Positions 54,474 to 64,000 of a stretch of 64,000 bases of DNA are shown here, one piece after another. The translations under genes were made by a program, and so were the position numbers. The stretch comes from Epithemia pelagica (lineage: Eukaryota > Protista > Bacillariophyta): positions 620,001 through 684,000 of the forward strand of contig OX337238.1 of NCBI GenBank assembly GCA_946965045.2. The letters run 5' to 3'. The first letter of the stretch is position 1. The number at the start of each line of letters is the position of its first letter. The notes beneath the pieces were generated by a model. It was given only the letters and a program-made list of their open reading frames with translations, was not told the DNA's origin and did not search any database.

Positions 54474-56543
54474 ATGCCTCCCCAGCCCCAGCAGCAACAA
54501 GCCTCTGGGGAAAAGAGAGCTCCATTGCTCATATCGGATGCCGATGACGACGATGTGTTTTGGGCCGAGGAGAAACCTTGGAACAACAGCCAACCTCCGT
54601 CTCGTTGGACCAAGGTGACGTGGGCATCTCTTGCTGTCTCGGCCTTGTTGCTGGTTGGAATCCTTGTCATTTTTGCCCAACCCCTCTACCATTTTGGCAA
54701 TCGTCACAAATACCAACTGGGCCTGGGCCCCAAACCTTGGTTCACGGTCCAGCGTGAGTCGTTGCCTCGCTCGCCCTTGTCTCACGGAGCCGTCGGCGAT
54801 GTCATTTTCGAATCCACTCTGCAACGGCAGGCGGCCCGCTATGGAACCTATGCCGAATCATGGAGTGCCGTCGTCGATTACCTGCAAGCGACGGATATCA
54901 CGTACGCCAATCACGAAGGCGTCGCTTCGTATGCCATGGCGGTCCCCGTTTATTCTTATGACGACAATGGCACGGCCGACTATTCCATGCAAGATATTGA
55001 CTACGGCGAGCAAGACTTGGTGTACGGCGAGTCGGAACCGGCCGTCTTTTACTCGGGCGGAAAGTTTTTGCAATTCAATTACCATCCCATGCTGGCGGAC
55101 GATTTGGCCGCCTCCGGCATTGATGTCGTATCGACCGCCAACAATCACTGCCTCGATCGGGGTTCCATTGGGATCAACAGTACCATACAATCCCTCCAAA
55201 ACGCTGGCGTTGCCCATGCCGGGACGCGTCAGTCCACGGACGACCCCTGGCACGGCATGGTCAATGTGACAACCCGTCAGGGATCGGAATGGAAGATTGC
55301 CTACGTGGCTTGTACAGACAGTACCAATGAAAACCACAATCACCGCGACCGTCAAAAAGACATTGTCTTGAATTGCTATTCAAAACGATATTTGGATTTG
55401 ATCCGAGAACTGGCGGCTCATCCAGAGGTCCACGCCGTGGTGGCTGTCATTCACTGGGGTGGCCCCAACGTGAAAGACGACGAGGGCGATGATGCTCGTG
55501 CGCAAGGGTACCGCCAGAAGTTTTTGGGGTGGGGAGCCCGCGGTATCGTCTATCAACGTGAACCAGATTGTGCCATGCGCAGCTTGGCGCATCAAGTGGC
55601 CGAAGCAGGCGCCGTGGCCTTGTTGGGCGCCCATCCACACGTCTTGCATGGCTGGGAACGCCTCACCACGTCGTACGGTCGCAGTGTCTTGATTGTTTAC
55701 TCGCTTGGCAATTTTGTCGGACACGGTGGCTACGCCGCCACCAAACCGCCCCCGAATTTCTTGGGACGAGGGTACGATTCCGATGTGGGCTTTTTGTTTC
55801 GACGCACGTCCGTTCTGTTGCAGTTTGGTTTGGAATGGAATGACGGACAGAATTGGGCTCAAGTCTCGTGCATGTCCTATGTACCAATTTATCGTTCCCT
55901 GACCGATGTGGGATACGTGGAAGAAGCCTTGACGGAACAAGGCAAAATAACCTATGAGATTCATGTGGAAACGGCTCCCGCCGATTCCGAGGAACGTGAC
56001 TTTATTGCCAGCCGCTTTGGTCCCTTGCGCCGATACAGCCAAGGTGGCGGCGTCTCGAATGGACAAGAGTGGGAAGCACCACTTTTGGATACGGATACAG
56101 GAACCTACGAAATGTCCGTGTGTTATCCCTTTGACCAGGCCCCGGAAACCAAAGTGGATCACAAGCTCCACGAGGGCGTCGTACACACGAACGATGTGGA
56201 CGATCACACCTTTCGGGTTTCGGCGGGTCTTTGTAACAAGTGCGAACAGGCATACGATGATCCGCAGGGGTGTCGTTGGTGTTTGTATCGGAGCAACAGT
56301 TATTGTCAAGGCAACAATGAGACGGTCAAGATGGAATTGGGAACGGGTCTCGCCTGGGATGACTGTTTGGAGTTGGTGGCGGCGGCCGCCTCGGATTGTT
56401 CCAATGTCGCCCATGCTGGAGGTGGCAAGGGCGTGTGCACCTGCGTTCGGGCCGGACAACGATGCCAACTTGCCAAGAGTCAAACCTCCTTGTCCGTCTA
56501 TGAACGAGACTGCGGGGCATGGCCCCGCAAAACATCCTTGTAA
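54474..56543 (+). CDS. Type II membrane CapA/PGA_cap-family metallophosphoesterase-fold protein with Cys-rich C-terminal module (689 aa)
   Basis: AVGDVIF, YANHEG, VSTANNHCLDRG, HAGT, IHWG, GAHPHVL and YSLGNF motifs; one N-terminal TM; 10 Cys in the last ~105 aa. Confidence 0.85.
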   Translation: MPPQPQQQQASGEKRAPLLISDADDDDVFWAEEKPWNNSQPPSRWTKVTWASLAVSALLLVGILVIFAQPLYHFGNRHKYQLGLGPKPWFTVQRESLPRSPLSHGAVGDVIFESTLQRQAARYGTYAESWSAVVDYLQATDITYANHEGVASYAMAVPVYSYDDNGTADYSMQDIDYGEQDLVYGESEPAVFYSGGKFLQFNYHPMLADDLAASGIDVVSTANNHCLDRGSIGINSTIQSLQNAGVAHAGTRQSTDDPWHGMVNVTTRQGSEWKIAYVACTDSTNENHNHRDRQKDIVLNCYSKRYLDLIRELAAHPEVHAVVAVIHWGGPNVKDDEGDDARAQGYRQKFLGWGARGIVYQREPDCAMRSLAHQVAEAGAVALLGAHPHVLHGWERLTTSYGRSVLIVYSLGNFVGHGGYAATKPPPNFLGRGYDSDVGFLFRRTSVLLQFGLEWNDGQNWAQVSCMSYVPIYRSLTDVGYVEEALTEQGKITYEIHVETAPADSEERDFIASRFGPLRRYSQGGGVSNGQEWEAPLLDTDTGTYEMSVCYPFDQAPETKVDHKLHEGVVHTNDVDDHTFRVSAGLCNKCEQAYDDPQGCRWCLYRSNSYCQGNNETVKMELGTGLAWDDCLELVAAAASDCSNVAHAGGGKGVCTCVRAGQRCQLAKSQTSLSVYERDCGAWPRKTSL

Positions 56544-57288
56544 CACAATGACAACCACGACCGAGTGTGAATGGATGCGCATGGCAGTGTTCGCTCTATA
56601 CACTATACTGTGAGATGTACATGGAACTACCTACCTAGAGAGAGTTTTGGAGAGTCTCGAGTCCGGCAAGCGTGGACGAACACAGCCATCAGGCAACGGC
56701 TAGTTCGGGACGCTCTGCAGTTTGCAGTGTTTCAGTTTTTCAGCAGCACGGCATGGAGCAACTGGAGTGGTGCCTCGTTTGGATGGATAGTAGAACGAAT
56801 CTTTGCTTCACGTATACGTTGGATTCGACGCGGCCGCTTCGGATAGGTTCGCCGCCATCTTGCGCGTCAGTGTGTGCTCCCAGGAAAGCCGACTTCTATG
56901 TGTGCAGTATTCTAGTTTTCGTTAAGCTAGACCGACTGTTGTGTTGTCGTTGTGGAGAGAAACCACCAAGCCCCAGAGAGTTCTGTTGCATCCTGTCATC
57001 TTTTGGACACTCTCTCATTCCACATCCTCTATATAGTATAGTTTTAGACCGTAGGCATAAGATAGTACACCTATTATTACTCTCCCTGAACCCTGAACGG
57101 TCCGTCCGCTCTCCGTTGGAGTTTCAAAACAGCGCGTCTGTATCGCGAAATCGCGAATCGCGATCGATCCAAGCCGCAATCTCCAATATCCGTTTGGCAA
57201 CAAGTTTTTGGAATGTCTCCCACCGTATAGACGAAGAGATCCAACCATACCACGCGGAAGAACGCAGTAGTAGTTCGCAAGAAAAGTC

Positions 57289-60200
57289 ATGGCGTGGTTT
57301 TGGGGCAGTCGCAAAGCCAAGGACGAAGAAGAAGAAGAGTCCGAGGAGGAAGAAGATGAGGAAGAGTATACCGATGACGACGACGATGACTATGACTCGG
57401 AAGAGGACGACGACGACTATGAGGAGGAGGACGACGACGAAGAGTCGGACGAGTACGAGGATGACGAGAATGAGCATGAGGACGATGAAAACGCAGAGCA
57501 CGCAACACCTGTCGACGATGATGATGATGATTTGGAAGAAATTGACATTACCAAGGAGCATCCTACTGCTGTACCTGTTCGAACAAGCAAGAGTCCCGCA
57601 CTAACGGTCGACGACAATGCAGAGCCAACCCAACCAGCTGAAACAGCAGAAGCACCAGTCCAAGATCCACTACGAGTAGCCGAACCACCCGCACCCCCTT
57701 CCAATCCACCACACGAACGAGCAACCACTTCCAGCGAGTCGGTCCACAATGAAGAAGACGAAAAAGAGGAGGAGCAAGTGGTGGACCATTCGGCAACGCA
57801 AGAGGAGGTGGACCCATGTCCCGTCAATCCTCAAGACGATGAACCACCACTACCACCATCCACAACTACCCAGGAGCAGAATGACGATCATCAGGACGAG
57901 GCAGACCAGGACAAGGATGATGATGATGATGACGACGACGATGACGACGATCCAAACATTCCTCATCAAGTCCTACACAACAATAACAATAACCACGGTG
58001 GACCGGCACGAGATCGAGTACACAGTACAGTCACATTGGAAGACGATCTCTTGGATGACGACGACGAAGAAGAAGACGAGGAGGCCGTTTCACAGGACGA
58101 CGACGAGGAAGAAGAAGATGATGAGGATGACGAGGATGAGGCCGCCACATCGCTCCAGGACAATCAATCCTTGTTTTTAATGGCTGCCGAACATGACCGG
58201 ACCGACATTCTCAACAAGGTCTTGGCGCAATGCACCGACGAAACGGACCACGACACTACCAATACCACTGGAGGAGTAGCAATGACCAAGAATGCCTTGT
58301 TGCACGAGGGGGGATTGCCAGCCTTGCATGTCGCGGTCTGGTATGGATCGGTCCATGCCGTCCAATGTTTGTTGCGAGTCGGAGCCAATCCCAGTCTCCG
58401 GCCCGACACGACGACAGCGAATGGGGATGCATCCACCACCACCACAACAACGAGACCCGAATTGCCTCCCTCCATTCCTCTTCAAACGGCTCGAGCCATG
58501 CATCATCAAACGGCCTGGGACTTGTTGGTCCAGCAACACTCGGCCAACCACAACAACAAAACCGAAAAATACAAGGCCTTGGAACAAGCCTTTTGTACCG
58601 AAGCCTTGCGATGCATGGGATCCAATGACGACGTGCAACGATTGCAAGAATTGCTGTCGGCCGGTATGCCACCCACGTTGGAATTGGGACCCAAACCCTT
58701 GACGGCCTGGGCCTTGGATTTGCACGCACCGCAGTGTCATGCCGCCTTGACGAATAATAATCCTACCAGCAGCCATTCCGAAACGACAACGAATGCATCC
58801 AGTGAGTCTACCAAGTCGGAGGACGAAATCCATACAAACAACAACAACGACAAACAGATCGATCCCAAACCAAGTACGGCTGTCTTGGATCGTCCTGGAA
58901 CAGACGGTTCCTTGTTGGAGTCGTCTGGCAACAATACTCATTTGGTACAGTTGCGCAATCGGTTGGAAGAAGTCCATTCCTTGGCCCGGGCCTTGACAAC
59001 GTGTTTGGACAATTTGGCCGAAGAAGTGGCCGTTGGTCATGGCTTGTTGAGTCATTCCGGTGGTGCTTCGGCGGCCTTGGCCAGTCATGTCAAGGGTCTC
59101 AAAACACAACGACAAGAGAAACAAGGCAAGGTGCAACAATTGGAATTGCAACTTCAAGAACAAGAAGAGGAATTGCAAGAATGGATCCAACAACACTTTG
59201 AAAGTTACGACCATCCGACCGTACAAGAAATTTGGAACAATACTACGACACTAACAGACAACAGCAACAACCATCAGCAATCCAAACAACAACACACCAA
59301 ACCACATGCCCCTACCACCAGCACAATCATCACCACGTCGGTCGACCATGGCCCAGATCATTCGGCTCCTTCCCCATCCACGGCACCCCTGGAGGACCAT
59401 CCCGAAGCGACACAAGAACAACAAGAATACGAAACCTTGCAAGCTCAACTGCAAGCTAGTCAAATCAAGGTTCGTAAATTGCGCGTGGCCATTACCGACT
59501 TGTCGGAAGAACATGGACGAAACATGACTGAAGTCGAACGTCGGGGATTGACGGGAGGCATTCAATTGGTACGAACCCTGCGCGAAGAATTGCGAACCTT
59601 GGAGTTTGACTACGACCGATTGCAACAAGCCCAGCAACAATGTCAACGTCGTCTCGAACAAGTCCAAGACGCGGTGGCGGTGCAACAACAAGAACAAGAA
59701 CAGCAACCCGAGCGAGAACCAGCCAAGGAACCACAACCACAACAATCCGAACCGAAACAAAACGAACAGCAACAACAACCACGACCAGAACGTCAGCCAC
59801 CGCCCGCTTCATTGCCACCACCAGAGCAGCCGCCCAACGACACAGAAGAACAAACAAAAGGCAAGGGACCGTCCGTTCCAGTCGAGGAAACCAGCTCTTT
59901 GGAAGCAGCGAGTACCAGTTCCGCAGCAAATAGTTTGACAACGACGGACGCAAATGAAGAACCCTTGCCACAACCAGCTCAAACCGCATCAGAATCTTCC
60001 GAAACGAGCAATACGAAACAACAAAGACCCACTTCCACCAGTCACAACAACAACAAGAAGGAATTTGACAGAGTGGAACGACCCAAAACTTCAAATGGAA
60101 CACAAGAGTCACTGCCACAAACAACAAACACGCCCTCCGAACCTACCATCACAGACAGGGAGGCGGTCCCCCTTTTATCCATGGATCGTGCGGCATCCAT

Positions 60201-60459
60201 TAGTATCCTGACAGAATCGGAACGCATTGCCACTGGTCAATCGACCGCCATTGCATTGCGACCCAAGGGAGGAACAGGGTACTTTCCCGTGGGGTTGTGG
60301 CAAATTTTGATGCGCATCATGGGAATTCCACCGTTGGCGCGACAAAGTGGCGGCACGGCTCCCCAACAACCACAACAACAGCCGAGTCGCAGCAATAGTA
60401 CCAACAGCAGCAGCAGTGCACGAACGACACCCAAGGGACCACCGGCAATCATTATCTAG
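57289..60459 (+). CDS. Ankyrin-repeat / coiled-coil protein with a highly acidic N-terminus (1056 aa)
   Basis: GLPALHVAVWYGSVHAVQCLLRVGANP ankyrin repeat, long D/E tracts, and heptad segments at ~58940-59700. Confidence 0.75.
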   Translation: MAWFWGSRKAKDEEEEESEEEEDEEEYTDDDDDDYDSEEDDDDYEEEDDDEESDEYEDDENEHEDDENAEHATPVDDDDDDLEEIDITKEHPTAVPVRTSKSPALTVDDNAEPTQPAETAEAPVQDPLRVAEPPAPPSNPPHERATTSSESVHNEEDEKEEEQVVDHSATQEEVDPCPVNPQDDEPPLPPSTTTQEQNDDHQDEADQDKDDDDDDDDDDDDPNIPHQVLHNNNNNHGGPARDRVHSTVTLEDDLLDDDDEEEDEEAVSQDDDEEEEDDEDDEDEAATSLQDNQSLFLMAAEHDRTDILNKVLAQCTDETDHDTTNTTGGVAMTKNALLHEGGLPALHVAVWYGSVHAVQCLLRVGANPSLRPDTTTANGDASTTTTTTRPELPPSIPLQTARAMHHQTAWDLLVQQHSANHNNKTEKYKALEQAFCTEALRCMGSNDDVQRLQELLSAGMPPTLELGPKPLTAWALDLHAPQCHAALTNNNPTSSHSETTTNASSESTKSEDEIHTNNNNDKQIDPKPSTAVLDRPGTDGSLLESSGNNTHLVQLRNRLEEVHSLARALTTCLDNLAEEVAVGHGLLSHSGGASAALASHVKGLKTQRQEKQGKVQQLELQLQEQEEELQEWIQQHFESYDHPTVQEIWNNTTTLTDNSNNHQQSKQQHTKPHAPTTSTIITTSVDHGPDHSAPSPSTAPLEDHPEATQEQQEYETLQAQLQASQIKVRKLRVAITDLSEEHGRNMTEVERRGLTGGIQLVRTLREELRTLEFDYDRLQQAQQQCQRRLEQVQDAVAVQQQEQEQQPEREPAKEPQPQQSEPKQNEQQQQPRPERQPPPASLPPPEQPPNDTEEQTKGKGPSVPVEETSSLEAASTSSAANSLTTTDANEEPLPQPAQTASESSETSNTKQQRPTSTSHNNNKKEFDRVERPKTSNGTQESLPQTTNTPSEPTITDREAVPLLSMDRAASISILTESERIATGQSTAIALRPKGGTGYFPVGLWQILMRIMGIPPLARQSGGTAPQQPQQQPSRSNSTNSSSSARTTPKGPPAIII

Positions 60460-60654
60460 TAACACGCACATGCACACACACGTTTGTAGATTCCATTCCT
60501 ACGAGCATCACTTCGAGACATCCATTCCCACACAGTTTGTATCGAGTCTCCCCCAACCCTTTGTTCGTCTCGATCGCCCAGGGTTGAAATGACACTAAAC
60601 ACAAAAGGTCTTGACAAGGTTTTGTTTCGTGGCGTACAACGTTTCTAGGTAGTA

Positions 60655-63600
60655 TTAAGGATCACTGTGGGCGTACACCTGCCGTGGTTGGTCCTTTTCG
60701 GCTGTGGTGCTTGCGTCCTCCGATTCGGTAGTACTGGAGGACGACATGACTGTCCGGACACTCCAGGGGTTGTCATCACGCAGAGTATTCTCCTCCTCCT
60801 CGTTTCGATTGTCACCATAGATCCTCTCCTCCTCGCCGTCGTCGCCGTCGTCCGCAATGGCCTGGTGAGTCGTCTTGTTATTGGTGTTGTTGTTGGGTTT
60901 GTTCTTTTTGGGTGGTTTGATATGAATGCGATTGGTGGTGACCATACTGGACACAAAAATGCCTCCATGACTGAATTGCAAATTGGGTTTCACCTCGCGC
61001 AATCCCGCTCGTTTGAGCGTATGTTCATTGTCGGTCAAAATGGCCAGCTTGTACAAAAATCCCCCGTCATTCAAGGCATCCAATCGTGTCTTGAGGGTTT
61101 GAAACAAGGGCAAGATGCGTTCCATGCGACGCTGTCCAAAATTTCGTTTGTCCTTGTCGTCGCGTTGTTTGTGGGAGGGACTTTGGATGCGTCGTCCAAA
61201 GGGAGGATTGGTAACAATGAGCAATCCCTGTTGGTGCGCTTGTTGTTCCGTAGGGGTGTCGCCGGATGCCCGAATTTTGGAGAGAATATTGGTAGGCTCC
61301 AGTATGGTATTCAAGGGTGGAAGGCTTGTTGGGTCGGCGTTGTCAAGACTGTCGTCCTGGAAAGGTTGGGTGTCGTCCATGGCATAGGCTTCTGATTCAT
61401 GTGTATCCTCCTCTTCCGCCTCCTCATCTTCGTCATCTTCACCATCATTGTCGTCCTCCTGTTCCGTACCGTCACTGTGTGCGAGATTTGTAGTAGTAGT
61501 AGTCGTCGTCGTCGTCGTCGTCGAGCAATCCACCTTGTCGTTGTCCATGGTCCATTCCTCCTTGTCGTGTTGGTCCTGTTCCTTTTGAATGGTGTCGTCG
61601 TCCAACCGCACTGGATCCTCCCAAATCGTATCCTCCTCCATGGTCGCACTTTCACTGACGTTTGTGGTCTTGTTTTGTTTCTTTTGTTTTTTGGATTTGA
61701 CGGGTCGGGGCAACCATTCATGGGCCGACAGGGGACAGGATTGCACATGGATCAAGTCTTGAACACCGGCCCGTTGGGCATTGGCCTGAACAATGGCCAA
61801 GGCTCCCGGATTGCGATCCGAACAGGCAATCATGGTCGTAGTGTTGTTGGTGGATGGAGTGGACGAGGCGGCGTGGGTCAAGGTTTTCCATCGATGCGGT
61901 TCGTACCAAATGGTCCCCGCCAAGGGTGCCGGACGCAATCGTCCCGGTGCCAATCCATGACGCATGGCGGCCACCTCAATGGCCAAGGTCCCCGATCCAC
62001 AAAAGGGATCCAAAAAGGCTTGCCATGTAGTATTCGTCGTATTGGTCGACGTTGTTGTAGGAGTCGACGCCTCCTCCTCCTCCTCTTGTGGTTGTTCTTG
62101 AGTCGTACTGGTACTACTGGTCGATGCGGCAGCCTCCCAGGGATTATCACTGGGATCCACCACGGCCGTCGTCTTGTTGGTATTGGTTGTTGTTGGTGGA
62201 ATCCATCCGGCATTGTACAACATGGCATGGGCCAAATCTTCCCGCAACGGTGCCTTGGCTGTGGACAAGCGATAGCCTCGTTGATGCAAGGGCGTCGACG
62301 AGGTATCCCACCACACTTGCAATTGATCGTGCACCAAATTCACCACCAAACACAAGAGATTGGAGGGTGGTTTGTGCGAGTTCGGTTGTGGCTTTTTGGC
62401 TTTTGCGGTGGTCGTTTGGTGAGAAGAAGACGAAAAGCGAGTTTCCCAATCGTCGTTGTCCTCGTTGTCGTCCTTCCACTCGTGGTGGGCGGCTCGTGCC
62501 TCGTCCTTGTCGTCCTTGTCATTCTTGTCATTGTCGTCGGTGGGCGGCAGATACAATTGCACGGGTTCGGGTCGCGGATCAACGTCCGGACCTCCATGGC
62601 CCAAGGCTTGATTCATGCCCCGAACGACATGGTCGCGAATGACCCGAATGGACGTGAGTCGACTCCCCTGCGTCGACAAGACGCGAATTCGACAATACAG
62701 AGTCTTGTGTAGTTTCGGATGATGGGTCGTCGGTGTTGTTGATGATGATTGCTCCATGTCCATGGGTCGTCGCCACGGCGTGGCGGCCGGACCTTCGAGA
62801 CGACTCGTCCCCGGCAAGGGAGACAAGCGGACCGAGGGTGTGACAAAGCCAGCCCACGGAATCAAAATGGCAATTTTGCGGGTCAATTCGCCCAAGGCAC
62901 GACAGGTTTCGTGTGGGGGCAACAAACCAATCCAGACATGACTGGCCGATCCCAAGTGCAAATGACACGACAAGATTGTCTTGAGCGTTGTGGGCCAGCC
63001 CTTGAGGGGCACGACACCGGACCGATGCAGCAAGGATGGCGGTCGACCACCCTGCCACGACTGTCGTTGGGAGGAGGACCATGCCTGGGACCGAGGATGC
63101 ACTGGTTTTCCCAAGCGTTCGAGTTGTTGGTGGTGCGCATGGCCAAAGCCCATCGAGGCTTGCATCAAGGCATGGGCCCGAGTCGTATTCGATCGTGGTC
63201 GTCGTCGTTGATGTGGTGGTTGTGGAGAGGTTGCTGTCCCCATGCTGGAGGGTGGTGCCACGTGCGGAATGTCGAGTCGTTTCAATTCTTGACTCACGAC
63301 ACCTTCCAATCCAGGATGACACACCACCACGACTTGTCCTGGACCGGGTGGAAATTTAATCGGCAACACTTGCACGGCATCTTTGGGGGAAAAGTCTTTT
63401 TTGGTAGTATTGTTGTTGGTGGTGGATGGAGAGTGTCGATTTTTTGGTTTGCCGTGTGATGTGGCGAATGGTTTGTTGTGGTTCTTGTGGTTGTGGTTCT
63501 TGTTGTGGTTGTAGGCCTTGGAGGGTGTGGTTCGGACGGAACGAATCGTCATGGTAGAAGTCGCCAGAGGAAGCACGGCAGCACAACGATTCGTCCCTCC

Positions 63601-63714
63601 CGTCGTCCAAATCGTACCAGAAGCGATCCATTGGGGATGCGGACCGCAGGACACAATCTGTCGTATTATTCGTGTCGGAGGCGTCCTTGGAAGCATCATG
63701 CGCATCATTCTCAT
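60655..63714 (-). CDS. RlmL/Trm14-like (THUMP, UPF0020) RNA m2G methyltransferase with probable organellar leader (~1019 aa)
   Basis: HPGLEGVVSQEL, LHQRGYR..APLREDLAHAML, FLDPFCGSGTLAIE and IVTNPPFG motifs; Arg/Met-rich N-terminus lacking acidic residues. Confidence 0.85.
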   Translation of the reverse strand: MRMMRMMLPRTPPTRIIRQIVSCGPHPQWIASGTIWTTGGTNRCAAVLPLATSTMTIRSVRTTPSKAYNHNKNHNHKNHNKPFATSHGKPKNRHSPSTTNNNTTKKDFSPKDAVQVLPIKFPPGPGQVVVVCHPGLEGVVSQELKRLDIPHVAPPSSMGTATSPQPPHQRRRPRSNTTRAHALMQASMGFGHAHHQQLERLGKPVHPRSQAWSSSQRQSWQGGRPPSLLHRSGVVPLKGWPTTLKTILSCHLHLGSASHVWIGLLPPHETCRALGELTRKIAILIPWAGFVTPSVRLSPLPGTSRLEGPAATPWRRPMDMEQSSSTTPTTHHPKLHKTLYCRIRVLSTQGSRLTSIRVIRDHVVRGMNQALGHGGPDVDPRPEPVQLYLPPTDDNDKNDKDDKDEARAAHHEWKDDNEDNDDWETRFSSSSHQTTTAKAKKPQPNSHKPPSNLLCLVVNLVHDQLQVWWDTSSTPLHQRGYRLSTAKAPLREDLAHAMLYNAGWIPPTTTNTNKTTAVVDPSDNPWEAAASTSSTSTTQEQPQEEEEEASTPTTTSTNTTNTTWQAFLDPFCGSGTLAIEVAAMRHGLAPGRLRPAPLAGTIWYEPHRWKTLTHAASSTPSTNNTTTMIACSDRNPGALAIVQANAQRAGVQDLIHVQSCPLSAHEWLPRPVKSKKQKKQNKTTNVSESATMEEDTIWEDPVRLDDDTIQKEQDQHDKEEWTMDNDKVDCSTTTTTTTTTTTNLAHSDGTEQEDDNDGEDDEDEEAEEEDTHESEAYAMDDTQPFQDDSLDNADPTSLPPLNTILEPTNILSKIRASGDTPTEQQAHQQGLLIVTNPPFGRRIQSPSHKQRDDKDKRNFGQRRMERILPLFQTLKTRLDALNDGGFLYKLAILTDNEHTLKRAGLREVKPNLQFSHGGIFVSSMVTTNRIHIKPPKKNKPNNNTNNKTTHQAIADDGDDGEEERIYGDNRNEEEENTLRDDNPWSVRTVMSSSSTTESEDASTTAEKDQPRQVYAHSDP

Positions 63715-64000
63715 TCGGTCCAGTGTGAGTTTGCAGTTTAGAGGAGGCAGACGGCTTGTCGCCGATTCCGAACGGCTTGCCACAACAACGAAATCTGAAT
63801 CGAAAATCCCGAAAGTCCAACCAAAGATACTTTTTCATGAATCGCTTTTCAAGCGCTTTTCAATCGCTTTTCTGAAACTGCATTATGGTCGACGGCCAGA
63901 CGGTGGTGTTTAGGTTTTGACGTGAAGCAACATCCGGGCATGCGCGCCGGCAGATCGTGACGGTCAAGATACCACCACCAAGCGAATCCACAGACCAAAG

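Noticed and set aside
1-64000. CRISPR arrays, tRNA/rRNA genes, operon-like clusters
   Set aside because: None seen. All tandem repeats are in-frame coding repeats, and neighbouring genes have unrelated functions.

Overview
Eukaryotic nuclear DNA, almost certainly from a pennate diatom. Evidence: short GT-AG introns, signal peptide + 'AF' bipartite plastid leaders, a diatom-type (CoDi-like) Ty1/copia element and a silaffin-like KxxK protein. The supplied ORF track uses bacterial GTG/TTG starts and ignores introns, so I re-derived the gene models by hand. About 19 genes: a truncated coiled-coil protein (missed by the track), a plastid UreH/NiCoT-like protein, a DUF1995-like protein, a multi-BRCT (TopBP1/Rad4-like) protein, a Kelch fusion protein, a SET protein, SRP72, a cryptic 4-exon microgene resembling mitochondrial ATP synthase subunit i/j, a claudin-like tetraspan spliced to 8 novel ~70-aa repeats, codanin-1, ALIX/Bro1-UBA, argininosuccinate lyase, a CapA-like metallophosphoesterase, an ankyrin/coiled-coil protein, an RlmL-like methyltransferase and several hypotheticals. 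The dominant accessory feature is an intact 10,352-bp copia LTR retrotransposon (41494-51845). It has apparently identical 715-bp LTRs, a GGAGA target-site duplication, non-canonical AGTTAA...TTAACT ends, a half-tRNA-type PBS and a ~2,800-aa polyprotein with a ~1,140-aa membrane-segment-containing spacer between Gag and protease. Next to it is a silaffin-like repeat gene carrying one nonsense codon. All family assignments come from recalled motifs, not database searches.
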